64,000 bases of DNA from Selenomonadaceae bacterium (GCA_017535925.1 JAFXTD010000028.1:17229-81228), one strand, 5' to 3'. Shown: positions 47,401-55,900, counted from the stretch's first letter. Translations and numbers: made by a program. The notes: generated from the letters alone by a model not told the origin.

Positions 47401-47623
47401 TAGGGGCTGTTGGTAAATTCGAAAAGCAGCGGGTAGCGAGTGCCCGGCCGCACACGGACGTGCGGCCGCCGCGACTTAAAACCTGGAAGGTTTTATAGCG
47501 GACAAACGCCCTTTTCTTTTGCTACTTTTCTTTTGGGCGTAGCAAAAGAAAAGTAGATTCAATAAACAAAATTCATTGCAACGTTCAATCGAAGCCGACT
47601 ATTTAATTTACCAACAACCCCTA
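47401..47623 (+). mobile_element. complete MITE-like element (19-bp TIRs, flanking GGTTAT duplication)
   Basis: Left TAGGGGCTGTTGGTAAATT versus the reverse complement of the right end, TAGGGGTTGTTGGTAAATT. GGTTAT at 47395-47400 and 47624-47629. Internal hairpins GGCCGCACACGGACGTGCGGCC, AAAACCTGGAAGGTTTT, CTACTTTTCTTTTGGGCGTAGCAAAAGAAAAGTAG. Confidence 0.75.
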
Positions 47624-47655
47624 GGTTATTAGAATTTTATTTCTTTACTACTAAC

Positions 47656-48168
47656 CTACTTAAGTTTTGCAAAAAATTTTTCGTCGACGGGTTCCAACCA
47701 ATCCGTTGAAACTTCCGAGCTTGCCTGCATGATTGAAAGATGTTGCATCATTTTTCCGGGAGCCGCGCCGTGCCAATGCTTGACGCCTTCGGGAACGGTG
47801 AAGACGACGCCGGGTATCAGCTTAACGGGTTCTTGTCCCCAGATTTGAACGTAGCCCGCGCCGGACTCTGCCACGAGAATTTGACAGGTGCCGTGGTGAA
47901 TGTGCCAGAAGGTGTGCGCGCCGTCAATGAAGGTGACGTTTGCGACGTTGATTGAGTCTTTGGTTGAAAGCGGCGCAAGATAAGTTTGACCCGTGAAATA
48001 TTTTTCGTAGTTGACGTTCGGATTGCCAATCGGGAAAATGACGCCTTCGGTCTCGGTGAGCTTTTGTATAACCTCCGCCTCCGAAGGATAATCCGTCGCT
48101 TGAGCCGTCATACCGAATGTTAAGCACGCCGCCGCCAATGTTGCCAAAAATTTTTTGTACGAAATCAT
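47656..48168 (-). CDS. secreted cupin-domain protein
   Basis: Start at MISYKKFLATL (6 nt after AGGTG). Signal peptide; cupin_2 motifs (HTFWHIHHG...GVKHWHG). Confidence 0.75.
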   Translation of the reverse strand: MISYKKFLATLAAACLTFGMTAQATDYPSEAEVIQKLTETEGVIFPIGNPNVNYEKYFTGQTYLAPLSTKDSINVANVTFIDGAHTFWHIHHGTCQILVAESGAGYVQIWGQEPVKLIPGVVFTVPEGVKHWHGAAPGKMMQHLSIMQASSEVSTDWLEPVDEKFFAKLK

Positions 48169-48183
48169 TTCAATCACCTGTTT

Positions 48184-48246
48184 AAGGAACCGGGAACGAG
48201 GAACAAGTTTTTACAATTCCTAATTCCTCATTCCTAATTCCTAATT
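48184..48246. repeat. heptamer array
   Basis: AAGGAAC CGGGAAC GAGGAAC - loop - AATTCCT AATTCCT CATTCCT AATTCCT AATT. The right block is the reverse complement of 50167-50192 and of 54790-54823. Confidence 0.8.
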
Positions 48247-48250
48247 AACC

Positions 48251-50140
48251 TTAACCTTTCGTGAACATGTCGAAGAGAACTTGCGGGTCTTTGGTCGTGT
48301 AAGCTTTTTGCAAATCTGCTTCGGAATATTCCATTGTAATCGTTGCGAGGTTCGCGATAATCGCCAAGTGGTCGTCGCCTTTGCCCGCGATACCAACAAT
48401 CAAATGCGCGGTGTTTTCGTCGGAGAACTTGACGCCTTGAGGATATTGCATGACGACGAGACCGGTTTTGATAACGTGTTTCTTAACAGCATTTTCGCCG
48501 TGAGGTATCGCAATTCCTTGTCCGATATAAGTTGAAATGTCACGTTCGCGAGCCAACATGCCTTCGATATATTCTTTTTCGACGTAGCCGCTCTTGAAGA
48601 GAAGTTCGCCCGCCGCTTTGATAGCTTCTTCTTTGCTGACGGATTTCAAACCGACTTTGACATTTTCTTTAAGCAAGACGCCTTCTTTGAGAGATTGAGT
48701 TTCTTCTTCGGCAACGCCGGCATCTGCAGCGGGAGCAGACACGCCGCCGCCTTTGAGGCGTTCACTGATAACGTCGTAAACATTGTTGTTGGTGAAGTCC
48801 TTAACCCAAATGTGTTCGGCTTGCGGAGAGTCTGCTCTTGCGCGTTCGGCAAGTTTTTCGTGCGAAACGACAATCTGTGCATCTTTCGGAATGTTGCCGA
48901 TAGCGAAATTCTTAACCGTGATATTCTTGTAGCCGTCCTTGTGAAGTTTTTTGCGGAGAGCAGCCGCGCCGAGTGCTGAACTGCCCATGCCTGCGTCGCA
49001 AGCGTAAACGATGAATTTAATATCCGCGCCCGCAACTTGTTTTTCGCCTTCGACAGACTGACCTTTGGAGGCAGCCTTCATGGATTTCATGTTGGCTTGA
49101 GCCGCTTCGAGTGCGTCTTCTTTTTCTGCATCAGCCGCCGCCGTAGCTTTGATAAAGACTGAACTGATTGCAAAACTTACTGCCGCCGCCGCCACAACTG
49201 CCGCAACGTTAGCGAAGTACGCGCCGGGAGCCGTCATAGCCATGATAGCGATAAAGGAACCGGGAGCCGCAGGAGCAACCAAGCCGCCGTTGAGGAGTGT
49301 CAAAGTGAAAACGCCGGTGACGCCGCCCGCCATAACTGCAAGAATCAGAGCGGGTTTCATGAGGACGTAGGGGAAATAAATTTCGTGAATACCGCCGAAG
49401 AAGTGAATGATGACTGCGCCGGGAGCCGAACCTCTTGCGTTGCCGACGCCGAAGAGTGAATAAGCAAGCAAGACGCCCAAGCCGGGACCGGGATTCGATT
49501 CAATCATGAAGAAAACCGATTTGCCGACTTCCTGTGCCTGTTGCATGCCGAGCGGAGTGAAGACGCCGTGATTGATTGCGTTGTTGAGGAACAAAATTTT
49601 TGCCGGCTCAACCAAGATTGAAACGAGCGGAAGAAGTCCCGCGCTGACGATTGCACCGACCGCCGAGGCAAGTCCGTCCGTGATGCTTGAAACAATCGGA
49701 CCGACAAAGCTGTAAGCCGCGCAGGCGAGTATGCCGCCGATAATACCTGCCGAAAAGTTGTTGACGAGCATTTCGAAGCCGCCGGGGATTGAGTCTTGAG
49801 CTGCCTCGTCAAATTTTTTAATCGCGACGCCGCCGATAGGACCCATAATCATTGCGCCCATGAACATCGGAATATCGGTGCCGACGATAATGCCCGCCGT
49901 GGCAATCGCGCCGACGACGCCGCCTCTGTGACCGTTGACGACCTCGCCGCCCGTGAAGCCGATTAACAGAGGCAAGAGCCATTTCGCCATAGGTCCGACA
50001 AGTTCAGCCAGACCTTCGTTGGGAATCCAACCTGCAGGAATAAAAAGTGCTGTGATAAAACCCCAAGCAATGAACGCGCCGATATTGGGCATGACCATTG
50101 CGCTGAGGAAGCGACCAAATTTTTGCATCGCCTCTTGCAT
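48251..50140 (-). CDS. mtlA: PTS mannitol-specific transporter, fused IICBA
   Basis: Start at MQEAMQKFGRFLSAMVMPNIGAF. IIC membrane domain; IIB Cys (YACDAGMGSSA); IIA His (GIAIPHG). Confidence 0.95.
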   Translation of the reverse strand: MQEAMQKFGRFLSAMVMPNIGAFIAWGFITALFIPAGWIPNEGLAELVGPMAKWLLPLLIGFTGGEVVNGHRGGVVGAIATAGIIVGTDIPMFMGAMIMGPIGGVAIKKFDEAAQDSIPGGFEMLVNNFSAGIIGGILACAAYSFVGPIVSSITDGLASAVGAIVSAGLLPLVSILVEPAKILFLNNAINHGVFTPLGMQQAQEVGKSVFFMIESNPGPGLGVLLAYSLFGVGNARGSAPGAVIIHFFGGIHEIYFPYVLMKPALILAVMAGGVTGVFTLTLLNGGLVAPAAPGSFIAIMAMTAPGAYFANVAAVVAAAAVSFAISSVFIKATAAADAEKEDALEAAQANMKSMKAASKGQSVEGEKQVAGADIKFIVYACDAGMGSSALGAAALRKKLHKDGYKNITVKNFAIGNIPKDAQIVVSHEKLAERARADSPQAEHIWVKDFTNNNVYDVISERLKGGGVSAPAADAGVAEEETQSLKEGVLLKENVKVGLKSVSKEEAIKAAGELLFKSGYVEKEYIEGMLARERDISTYIGQGIAIPHGENAVKKHVIKTGLVVMQYPQGVKFSDENTAHLIVGIAGKGDDHLAIIANLATITMEYSEADLQKAYTTKDPQVLFDMFTKG

Positions 50141-50166
50141 GGATAACACCTCCAAAAAATCAATGT

Positions 50167-50218
50167 GGAATTAGGAATGAGGAATTGGGAATCGGGAAAA
50201 CGAATTTAATTCCTAATT
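50167..50218. repeat. heptamer array
   Basis: GGAATTA GGAATGA GGAATTG GGAATCG GGAAAAC .. TTCCTAATT. Confidence 0.8.
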
Positions 50219-50399
50219 GCCTTTTAAATCCTACGTTGAATTTTAAATGCCCTCGCGTCTTTTGGCAAGCAAAACAACTTGCGAGGCGTCCGTTGCCTTT
50301 GCAGACAAAATTTAACGGCGGCACATTGCAAGCAACCCGAATTGTCCGCAATGAAAAATTTATTCTTCGATAATGTCTGCAATCGTCAAGGACAAATTC

Positions 50400-50427
50400 T
50401 TGACAAGGAAAGTTTGCAAGTTATAAT
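50400..50427 (+). promoter_or_regulatory. consensus sigma70-type promoter of the GntR-family gene
   Basis: TTGACA (50400-50405), 16-nt spacer, TATAAT (50422-50427). Confidence 0.6.
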
Positions 50428-50462
50428 TGACACAAACTTTTAAAAGAAAGGACGTTGCCGCT

Positions 50463-51191
50463 ATGGAAGTCGGCGAAGTTGAAAAGAGTTTCCTGCGCCC
50501 GATTGACAATACGTCTGTCGTGCAACAAGTTATCGACCGTTTGACTTACGCAATGATTTACAAAGAACTTCGCCCGGGTGACAAGTTGCCGACTGAAATG
50601 GAATTGGCGGCTAGCTTCGGTGTCGGGCGCAATTCTATCCGCGAGGCAATAAAAATTTTGGTGTCGTTCGGCGTGCTTGACATTCGAAGACCGGAAGGAA
50701 CATTCGTGGCAAGCGGCTTTTCCGACAAAATGATTAACCCGCTGCTCTACGGAATAATCCTCGACCAATCGGATTCTCCTGACAGCCTCAAAGAATTGCG
50801 CGAGTGGATTGACTTCGGCATTTTGGAATTGGCAATGGAAAAGGCAGAGCCCGAAGATTTGTTTCAGCTTGAGGAGCAACTCAACAAACTCTTGGCGGAA
50901 ATCGACGGCGGCAACGTGGAAAACGTTTTCATTGCAGACGATCATTTTCACGAGGCAATTTCGACGGCTGCGCACAATTCATTGCTCGGACAAATTGCAA
51001 AGCTTGTTCGGACTTTGACAAGCGAAATACGCATGAGCATAATTCGCAACATGATTAATCTCGGCAAAAGCGCGGAACTCAAAAAGGCGCACGAAGATTT
51101 ATTTCACGTTGTAAAGGACAAAAACGACACTGCGGCTCGTCAAATGCTCGTCGAAGGATATTTCTATCGCTACAAAATTTTGCGCAAATAA
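50463..51191 (+). CDS. GntR-family transcriptional regulator (FadR/FCD subfamily)
   Basis: Winged-helix LPTEMELAASFGVGRNSIREAIKIL and a helical FCD-like C-domain. Start at MEVGEVEK. Confidence 0.85.
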   Translation: MEVGEVEKSFLRPIDNTSVVQQVIDRLTYAMIYKELRPGDKLPTEMELAASFGVGRNSIREAIKILVSFGVLDIRRPEGTFVASGFSDKMINPLLYGIILDQSDSPDSLKELREWIDFGILELAMEKAEPEDLFQLEEQLNKLLAEIDGGNVENVFIADDHFHEAISTAAHNSLLGQIAKLVRTLTSEIRMSIIRNMINLGKSAELKKAHEDLFHVVKDKNDTAARQMLVEGYFYRYKILRK

Positions 51192-51258
51192 TTTTCAAAC
51201 AAAAGCCTCCCGCGTCGCAGGAGGTTTTTTGATACAAATTTTTCGAGGAGGGTTAATC

Positions 51259-52086
51259 GTGTTCAAAATTTTTATCGCGCTGATTTTTTTCGTAATGCCC
51301 TTGACGGCTTGGGCACAAAGTCAAAACATTTCTATTGACGGAGACCACGGGAAACTTGCCGCTGTCTTGCAGACGCCCGACAATCAAAAAAATTATCCGC
51401 TCGTGATACTTTGTCACGGCTTCACGGGTAACAAAGAAAATTTCTTGCTGACAAAGCTTGCCGACGATTTGGAGGCGCGCGGCATTGCCTCGATTCGCTT
51501 TGACTTCAACGGACACGGCAAAAGCGACGGCGACTTCCAAGACATGACGGTGCTCAACGAAATTGAAGACGCAAAAAAAATTTACGACTTCGCCTCACGC
51601 TTGCCGAATGTCAAAAGCATTTCAATCGCGGGTCACTCTCAAGGCGGCGTCGTTGCCTCGATGGTTGCCGGCGAACTCGGCTCGAAAAAAATTAAAGCCG
51701 TCGTCTTGATGGCTCCCGCTGCTGTCCTTCGCGACGACTCTCTGCGCGGAAATTTATTCGGTGTAACTTATGACGCGCTCAATCCTCCCGAATACGTCGA
51801 AATTTTCGGCGGGCACAAAATCGGACGCAACTACATCTTGACCGCGCAGACTTTGCCGATTTATGAGACGGCGGAAAAATTTACGGGCAATGTTTTGATG
51901 ATTCACGGCACGGGCGACGTTGTTGTCCCTTACACTTACAGCTTGAGCTACAAAAAAATTTACAGGCACGGCGAAATTAAATTGCTTGACAAAGCCGACC
52001 ACAGCTTTACCGGCGAGGAAAGTCTCGTTGCAAAAATCGCCGCCGATTTTCTTGCCGAAAAAATTATCGGGAGCCGTCATGGATGA
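51259..52086 (+). CDS. secreted alpha/beta hydrolase
   Basis: GTG start behind GAGGAGGG. Signal peptide; HGFTGNK; nucleophile GHSQGG; late HGTGD / DH residues. Confidence 0.8.
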   Translation: MFKIFIALIFFVMPLTAWAQSQNISIDGDHGKLAAVLQTPDNQKNYPLVILCHGFTGNKENFLLTKLADDLEARGIASIRFDFNGHGKSDGDFQDMTVLNEIEDAKKIYDFASRLPNVKSISIAGHSQGGVVASMVAGELGSKKIKAVVLMAPAAVLRDDSLRGNLFGVTYDALNPPEYVEIFGGHKIGRNYILTAQTLPIYETAEKFTGNVLMIHGTGDVVVPYTYSLSYKKIYRHGEIKLLDKADHSFTGEESLVAKIAADFLAEKIIGSRHG

Positions 52087-52200
52087 CGCAGCAAAAGAAA
52101 ATCGGAAGCGGGCACTAAATTTTTCGAGGCGGCAGGAAAATTTTCTTCGGGCGGCGAAGTTTTGCGTAAATATTTTTCGACTTTGAAAGGAGCAACTTAA

Positions 52201-53472
52201 ATGATAGGTGTCAGAAATGTTGTTGCGATAGTTTGCGGCGGCGGTCCCGCGCCCGGTATCAACGCCGTTATCAACGCGGTAACCAACACGGCGAATCGTC
52301 ACGGCTGGGACGTTTTGGGCATGTACGACGGCTTTTCGCATCTCGGTCGCGGTGAAAAAAGTTACATTCGTCTCGACGGCGCGGCTGTCAACAGAATTCA
52401 CTTGACGGGCGGCTGTATCCTCCGCATGTCACGTTTCAATCCTACAAAAAAAGAATCCGATTTGCGCACGGTCGTCGACACGTTGACGGAATTGGGCGTC
52501 GGCTACCTCGTGACAATCGGCGGCGATGATACCGCATTCAGCTCGTCGGCAGTCAGCGAATACGCACGCAAACTCGGCAGGACGATTAACGTCGTTCATG
52601 TCCCGAAGACTATCGACAACGACTTGCCGCTGCCCGAAGGCATTCCGACTTTCGGCTTTGAAACCGCTCGCGCTTTCGGCACAACCGAAATTCAAAACCT
52701 CATGGAAGACGCTCACACTTCCAACAACCGCTGGTACTTCACAATCGCTATGGGCAGAACCGCCGGTCATTTGGCATTGGGCATGGGTCGCTCTGCAGGC
52801 GCGGCTGTCACGATTATCCCCGAAGAGTTCCCGCAAGAAAAAATCCGTCTGCAACAGGTCGTCGACATTATCACCGGCTCGATTGTCAAACGCTATCTTA
52901 TCGGCAAAAATTACGGCGTCGCGGTCGTCGCGGAAGGCGTCATTGAAAAAATCGCCGAAGAAGACTTCCAAGAGCTGGGCAACGTCGTTCTCGATGAGCA
53001 CGGTCACATTCGCTACGCGGAACTTGACTTCGGCGAAATCCTCAAGCAAAAAGTTTTGGCTGAATTGAAACGTATCGGCATTAAAATTTCTATCGTCGAT
53101 AAAGAAATCGGCTACGAACTCCGCTGCACGGCTCCCATTGCTTACGACATTGACTACGCAAGAAATTTGGGCTACGAGGCAATGCAATTCCTCATGCGCG
53201 GCGAAAGCGGTGCTCTTATCACGATTCAAGACAACAAGGCAGTGCCGCTCCGTTTCGAAGATATTCGCGACCCCGAAACCGGCAAGACTTACGTCCGCAA
53301 AGTCAATATCAACTCCGTGCATTACAGAATTGCTCGCGGCTTCATGACTCGGTTGGAAAAGGGCGACCTCGACGACGCCGGCGTTGCCAATGCCTTCCGC
53401 ATGAGCCCCGAAGAGTTCAAGAATCGTTACATGTATCTCTTCGACGACGAGCCCACTCTCGACAACGCATAA
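52201..53472 (+). CDS. pfp: 6-phosphofructokinase family enzyme, probably PPi-dependent
   Basis: GGGPAPGINAV, TIGGDDTAFSS (GGDD as in PPi-type enzymes), PKTIDNDL, MGRTAGHLALG. Confidence 0.85.
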   Translation: MIGVRNVVAIVCGGGPAPGINAVINAVTNTANRHGWDVLGMYDGFSHLGRGEKSYIRLDGAAVNRIHLTGGCILRMSRFNPTKKESDLRTVVDTLTELGVGYLVTIGGDDTAFSSSAVSEYARKLGRTINVVHVPKTIDNDLPLPEGIPTFGFETARAFGTTEIQNLMEDAHTSNNRWYFTIAMGRTAGHLALGMGRSAGAAVTIIPEEFPQEKIRLQQVVDIITGSIVKRYLIGKNYGVAVVAEGVIEKIAEEDFQELGNVVLDEHGHIRYAELDFGEILKQKVLAELKRIGIKISIVDKEIGYELRCTAPIAYDIDYARNLGYEAMQFLMRGESGALITIQDNKAVPLRFEDIRDPETGKTYVRKVNINSVHYRIARGFMTRLEKGDLDDAGVANAFRMSPEEFKNRYMYLFDDEPTLDNA

Positions 53473-53494
53473 AATCATCTCAAATAAATTTTAT

Positions 53495-53526
53495 CCCCCG
53501 CAGAATTTTGACGGGGGTTTTCTTTT
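53495..53526 (+). terminator. rho-independent terminator
   Basis: CCCCCG-loop-CGGGGG followed by TTTTCTTTT. Confidence 0.75.
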
Positions 53527-53536
53527 GTTGCGCCAT

Positions 53537-53596
53537 GTTCAGCTTTCAGCTGTAAGAATTTTTTCTAACAGCTAACCACTAACAGCTGACCGCTAA
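53537..53596. repeat. heptamer array / repeat shared with 15340-15372
   Basis: GTTCAGC TTTCAGC TGTAAG - AATTTTTT - CTAACAG CTAACCA CTAACAG CTGACCG CTAA. Confidence 0.75.
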
Positions 53597-53651
53597 ATTC
53601 ATTGACGAAACCAAAAAATTTTGCTAAAGTTTGCTTTGAGGTGATGAAAAT

Positions 53652-54734
53652 ATGCGTAAAAAAATTTTGGCAGCGATAACTGCGGGTTTGATAGCTTTTG
53701 CGCCGTTTACAGCTGTCGATGCCATGCCCCGCGACCAAATTGCCAAAATTCAAGTCAAGAAGGCGAAGGATTTCAAGTATTGGACTAAAGGCTCGGTTGC
53801 GAATCAAAAATTGGTCGAATATGTAACCGACGTGACGAACAAGAAGAGCAAAAATTTTATTCCCGTCGAGGACAGGTACGCGGTTTTCGACATGGACGGA
53901 ACTTTTATCGGCGAGAGCATGCCGTGCTATTTCGAGTGGATGCTTTATCTTGAACGCGCCCTTCACGACCCCGATTATACGCCGTCAGCCGAAGATTTGG
54001 AGTATGCAAAAATGGTTGACGCCGAAATTAAAGCGGGACACTTCATGACGGGCAAATTTCCCAAAGGAATCGACTTGGGCGAGGCAAAATCTCAACAATC
54101 GGTTTTCGCAGGCATGACGCCGAAAGATTACGAGGCTTACGTCCGCAAATTCATGAATAAACCCGTCGAAGGTCTCACGAATTTAAAATGGGGCGAAGCA
54201 TTTTATTTGCCGATGGTCGAAGTCATAAAATACTTGCAGGCGAATGACTTCAAAGTTTATATCGTCACGGGCAGCGACCGTCCCGCAATGCGCGTCATGG
54301 GTTCGGAACTTTTGAAAATCCCGTATGACAATGTAATCGGCACGAACCCGCAGATAATTGCGGCTCATCAAGGCGACGTTTCGGCGGACAACTACGCATA
54401 TCGCCACGACGATTATCTGATTCGCGGCGGACTCACTCAAAAGAACTTGAAAATGAACAAAGTCGTTGCTATCGAACACGAAATCGGCAAGCAACCTGTT
54501 TTGGCGTTCGGGAACAGCGGCGGCGACACTTCCATGCTCAATTACGCGATAACCGGCAACAAATACAAAAGTTTGGCGTTTTTTGTCATCTGCGACGACA
54601 CGGAGCGCGAACTCGGCAACATTGACAAGGCGAACGGTTGCATTAAGCTTGCCGAAAAGAACGGCTGGATAAAAATTTCCATGCGCGACGACTTCAAGAC
54701 GATTTACGGCGACAACGTTAAGCGTTCGAAATAA
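53652..54734 (+). CDS. secreted HAD-superfamily hydrolase
   Basis: Signal peptide; DxDxT motif FDMDGT; TGSDR and GNSGGD motifs. Confidence 0.8.
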   Translation: MRKKILAAITAGLIAFAPFTAVDAMPRDQIAKIQVKKAKDFKYWTKGSVANQKLVEYVTDVTNKKSKNFIPVEDRYAVFDMDGTFIGESMPCYFEWMLYLERALHDPDYTPSAEDLEYAKMVDAEIKAGHFMTGKFPKGIDLGEAKSQQSVFAGMTPKDYEAYVRKFMNKPVEGLTNLKWGEAFYLPMVEVIKYLQANDFKVYIVTGSDRPAMRVMGSELLKIPYDNVIGTNPQIIAAHQGDVSADNYAYRHDDYLIRGGLTQKNLKMNKVVAIEHEIGKQPVLAFGNSGGDTSMLNYAITGNKYKSLAFFVICDDTERELGNIDKANGCIKLAEKNGWIKISMRDDFKTIYGDNVKRSK

Positions 54735-54752
54735 AATTTGGCAAAAAAATCA

Positions 54753-54788
54753 GGGCTTGACTCCGAAAAAGAGTTAAGCCCGTTTTTT
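54753..54788 (+). terminator. rho-independent terminator
   Basis: 11-bp stem GGGCTTGACTC/GAGTTAAGCCC followed by T6. Confidence 0.8.
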
Positions 54789-54789
54789 C

Positions 54790-54823
54790 AATTAGGAATT
54801 AGGAATGAGGAATTAGGGGCTGT
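54790..54823. repeat. heptamer array interrupted by the MITE (continues at 55033-55045)
   Basis: AATTAGG AATTAGG AATGAGG AAT | element | GGAATGG GGAATG. Confidence 0.8.
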
Positions 54824-55032
54824 TGGTAAATTAAAAAGTAGCGGTTGGCGAGTGCCCGGCCGTCATGGATGACGGCCGCCGGCGATATGAACAGGATGTT
54901 CATCCGCCGGGTTAAGCACCTTTCTTTTTGCTACTTTTTCTTTGGTGCCGGCAAAGAAAAAGTAGATTCAATAAACAAAAGTTATTGAGACGCTTAATCG
55001 GTGCCGACGTTTTAATTTACCAACACGCTCTA
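54824..55032 (+). mobile_element. complete MITE-like element (19-bp TIRs, flanking GGAAT duplication)
   Basis: Left TAGGGGCTGTTGGTAAATT; the right end AATTTACCAACACGCTCTA matches in 16 of 19 positions as an inverted repeat. GGAAT at 54819-54823 and 55033-55037. Hairpins GGCCGTCATGGATGACGGCC, ATGAACAGGATGTTCAT, CTACTTTTTCTTTGGTGCCGGCAAAGAAAAAGTAG, TCAATAAACAAAAGTTATTGA. Confidence 0.75.
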
Positions 55033-55140
55033 GGAATGGGGAATGAAAAAATTTTTTCGTATCGTGTAACGAAATCGGATTTGAAACGTATAAGCTGCAG
55101 AAAACAAAATCACAATCAAAAGCAAAGGAGAATGATTAAC

Positions 55141-55365
55141 ATGACGAACGAAATCAAAATCAACAACGAGGAAATGCTCAACATGGAAGAATTGGATGCG
55201 GTGGCAGGCGGTGCAAGTGTCGGTTCATGGTTTAAAGCAATCGGCGGCACTTTACTGGGAGTCGGCGCGGCGGTGGCTTCAATCACAAATCCCGCACTTA
55301 TCGGCGTGGCAGTCGTTTCCTTAGCACAAGGTGCAAGCGGCATTATCGAGGTTACAAAAGGATGA
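55141..55365 (+). CDS. double-glycine-leader peptide (class II bacteriocin-like precursor)
   Basis: ATG 10 nt after AAGGAG. 24-aa leader MTNEIKINNEEMLNMEELDAVAGG, then a 50-aa Gly/Ala-rich hydrophobic core with GxxxG motifs. A terminator follows. Confidence 0.75.
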   Translation: MTNEIKINNEEMLNMEELDAVAGGASVGSWFKAIGGTLLGVGAAVASITNPALIGVAVVSLAQGASGIIEVTKG

Positions 55366-55386
55366 TTATCAAAAAACTTTTAAAAA

Positions 55387-55418
55387 AGCTCTTCGGCGCA
55401 TATCGGAGAGCTTTTTTT
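55387..55418 (+). terminator. rho-independent terminator
   Basis: 10-bp stem AGCTCTTCGG/TCGGAGAGCT (two G-U pairs) followed by T7. Confidence 0.7.
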
Positions 55419-55467
55419 AATTGGGAATTTGGAATTGGGAATGAAACCCCTGACCCCTGACCCCTAA
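55419..55467. repeat. heptamer arrays (two unit types, not complementary)
   Basis: AATTGGG AATTTGG AATTGGG AATGAAA, then CCCCTGA CCCCTGA CCCCTAA. Confidence 0.8.
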
Positions 55468-55537
55468 ATTTGACTTGCTTTATTTTTTCTTGTAAGGCGT
55501 GTTATAATTGCAAAAAAATTTTCTTGGAGTGATTCGG

Positions 55538-55900
55538 ATGTTCAGATTTGCGCACAACAACTTGAATGTGCTCGACTTGGAGCGCAGCAAGAAATTTTAT
55601 GCGGAGGCACTCGATTTGCACGAGGTCGGCGGGCTTGACGGCGGCGAAGATTTTAAAATCATTTATCTCGGCGATTCTTTCGGCAGTCATCACAAATTGG
55701 AGCTGACTTGGCTCAAAGAAAAGACGACGCCTTACGAATTGGGCGATAACGAAGTACATTTGGCGTTCACGACGAAAAATTTTGACGCGGCGCACGCCCG
55801 GCACGAGAAAATGGGTTGCATTTGCTACGAGAACAAAGAGATGGGAATTTATTTTATCGAAGACCCCGACGGCTATTGGCTTGAAGTTTTACCGGAGTGA
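55538..55900 (+). CDS. VOC-family protein / lactoylglutathione lyase-like
   Basis: Start at MFRFAHNNLNVLDLERSKKFY. Glyoxalase I-like pattern (HLAF, GYWLEV). Confidence 0.8.
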   Translation: MFRFAHNNLNVLDLERSKKFYAEALDLHEVGGLDGGEDFKIIYLGDSFGSHHKLELTWLKEKTTPYELGDNEVHLAFTTKNFDAAHARHEKMGCICYENKEMGIYFIEDPDGYWLEVLPE

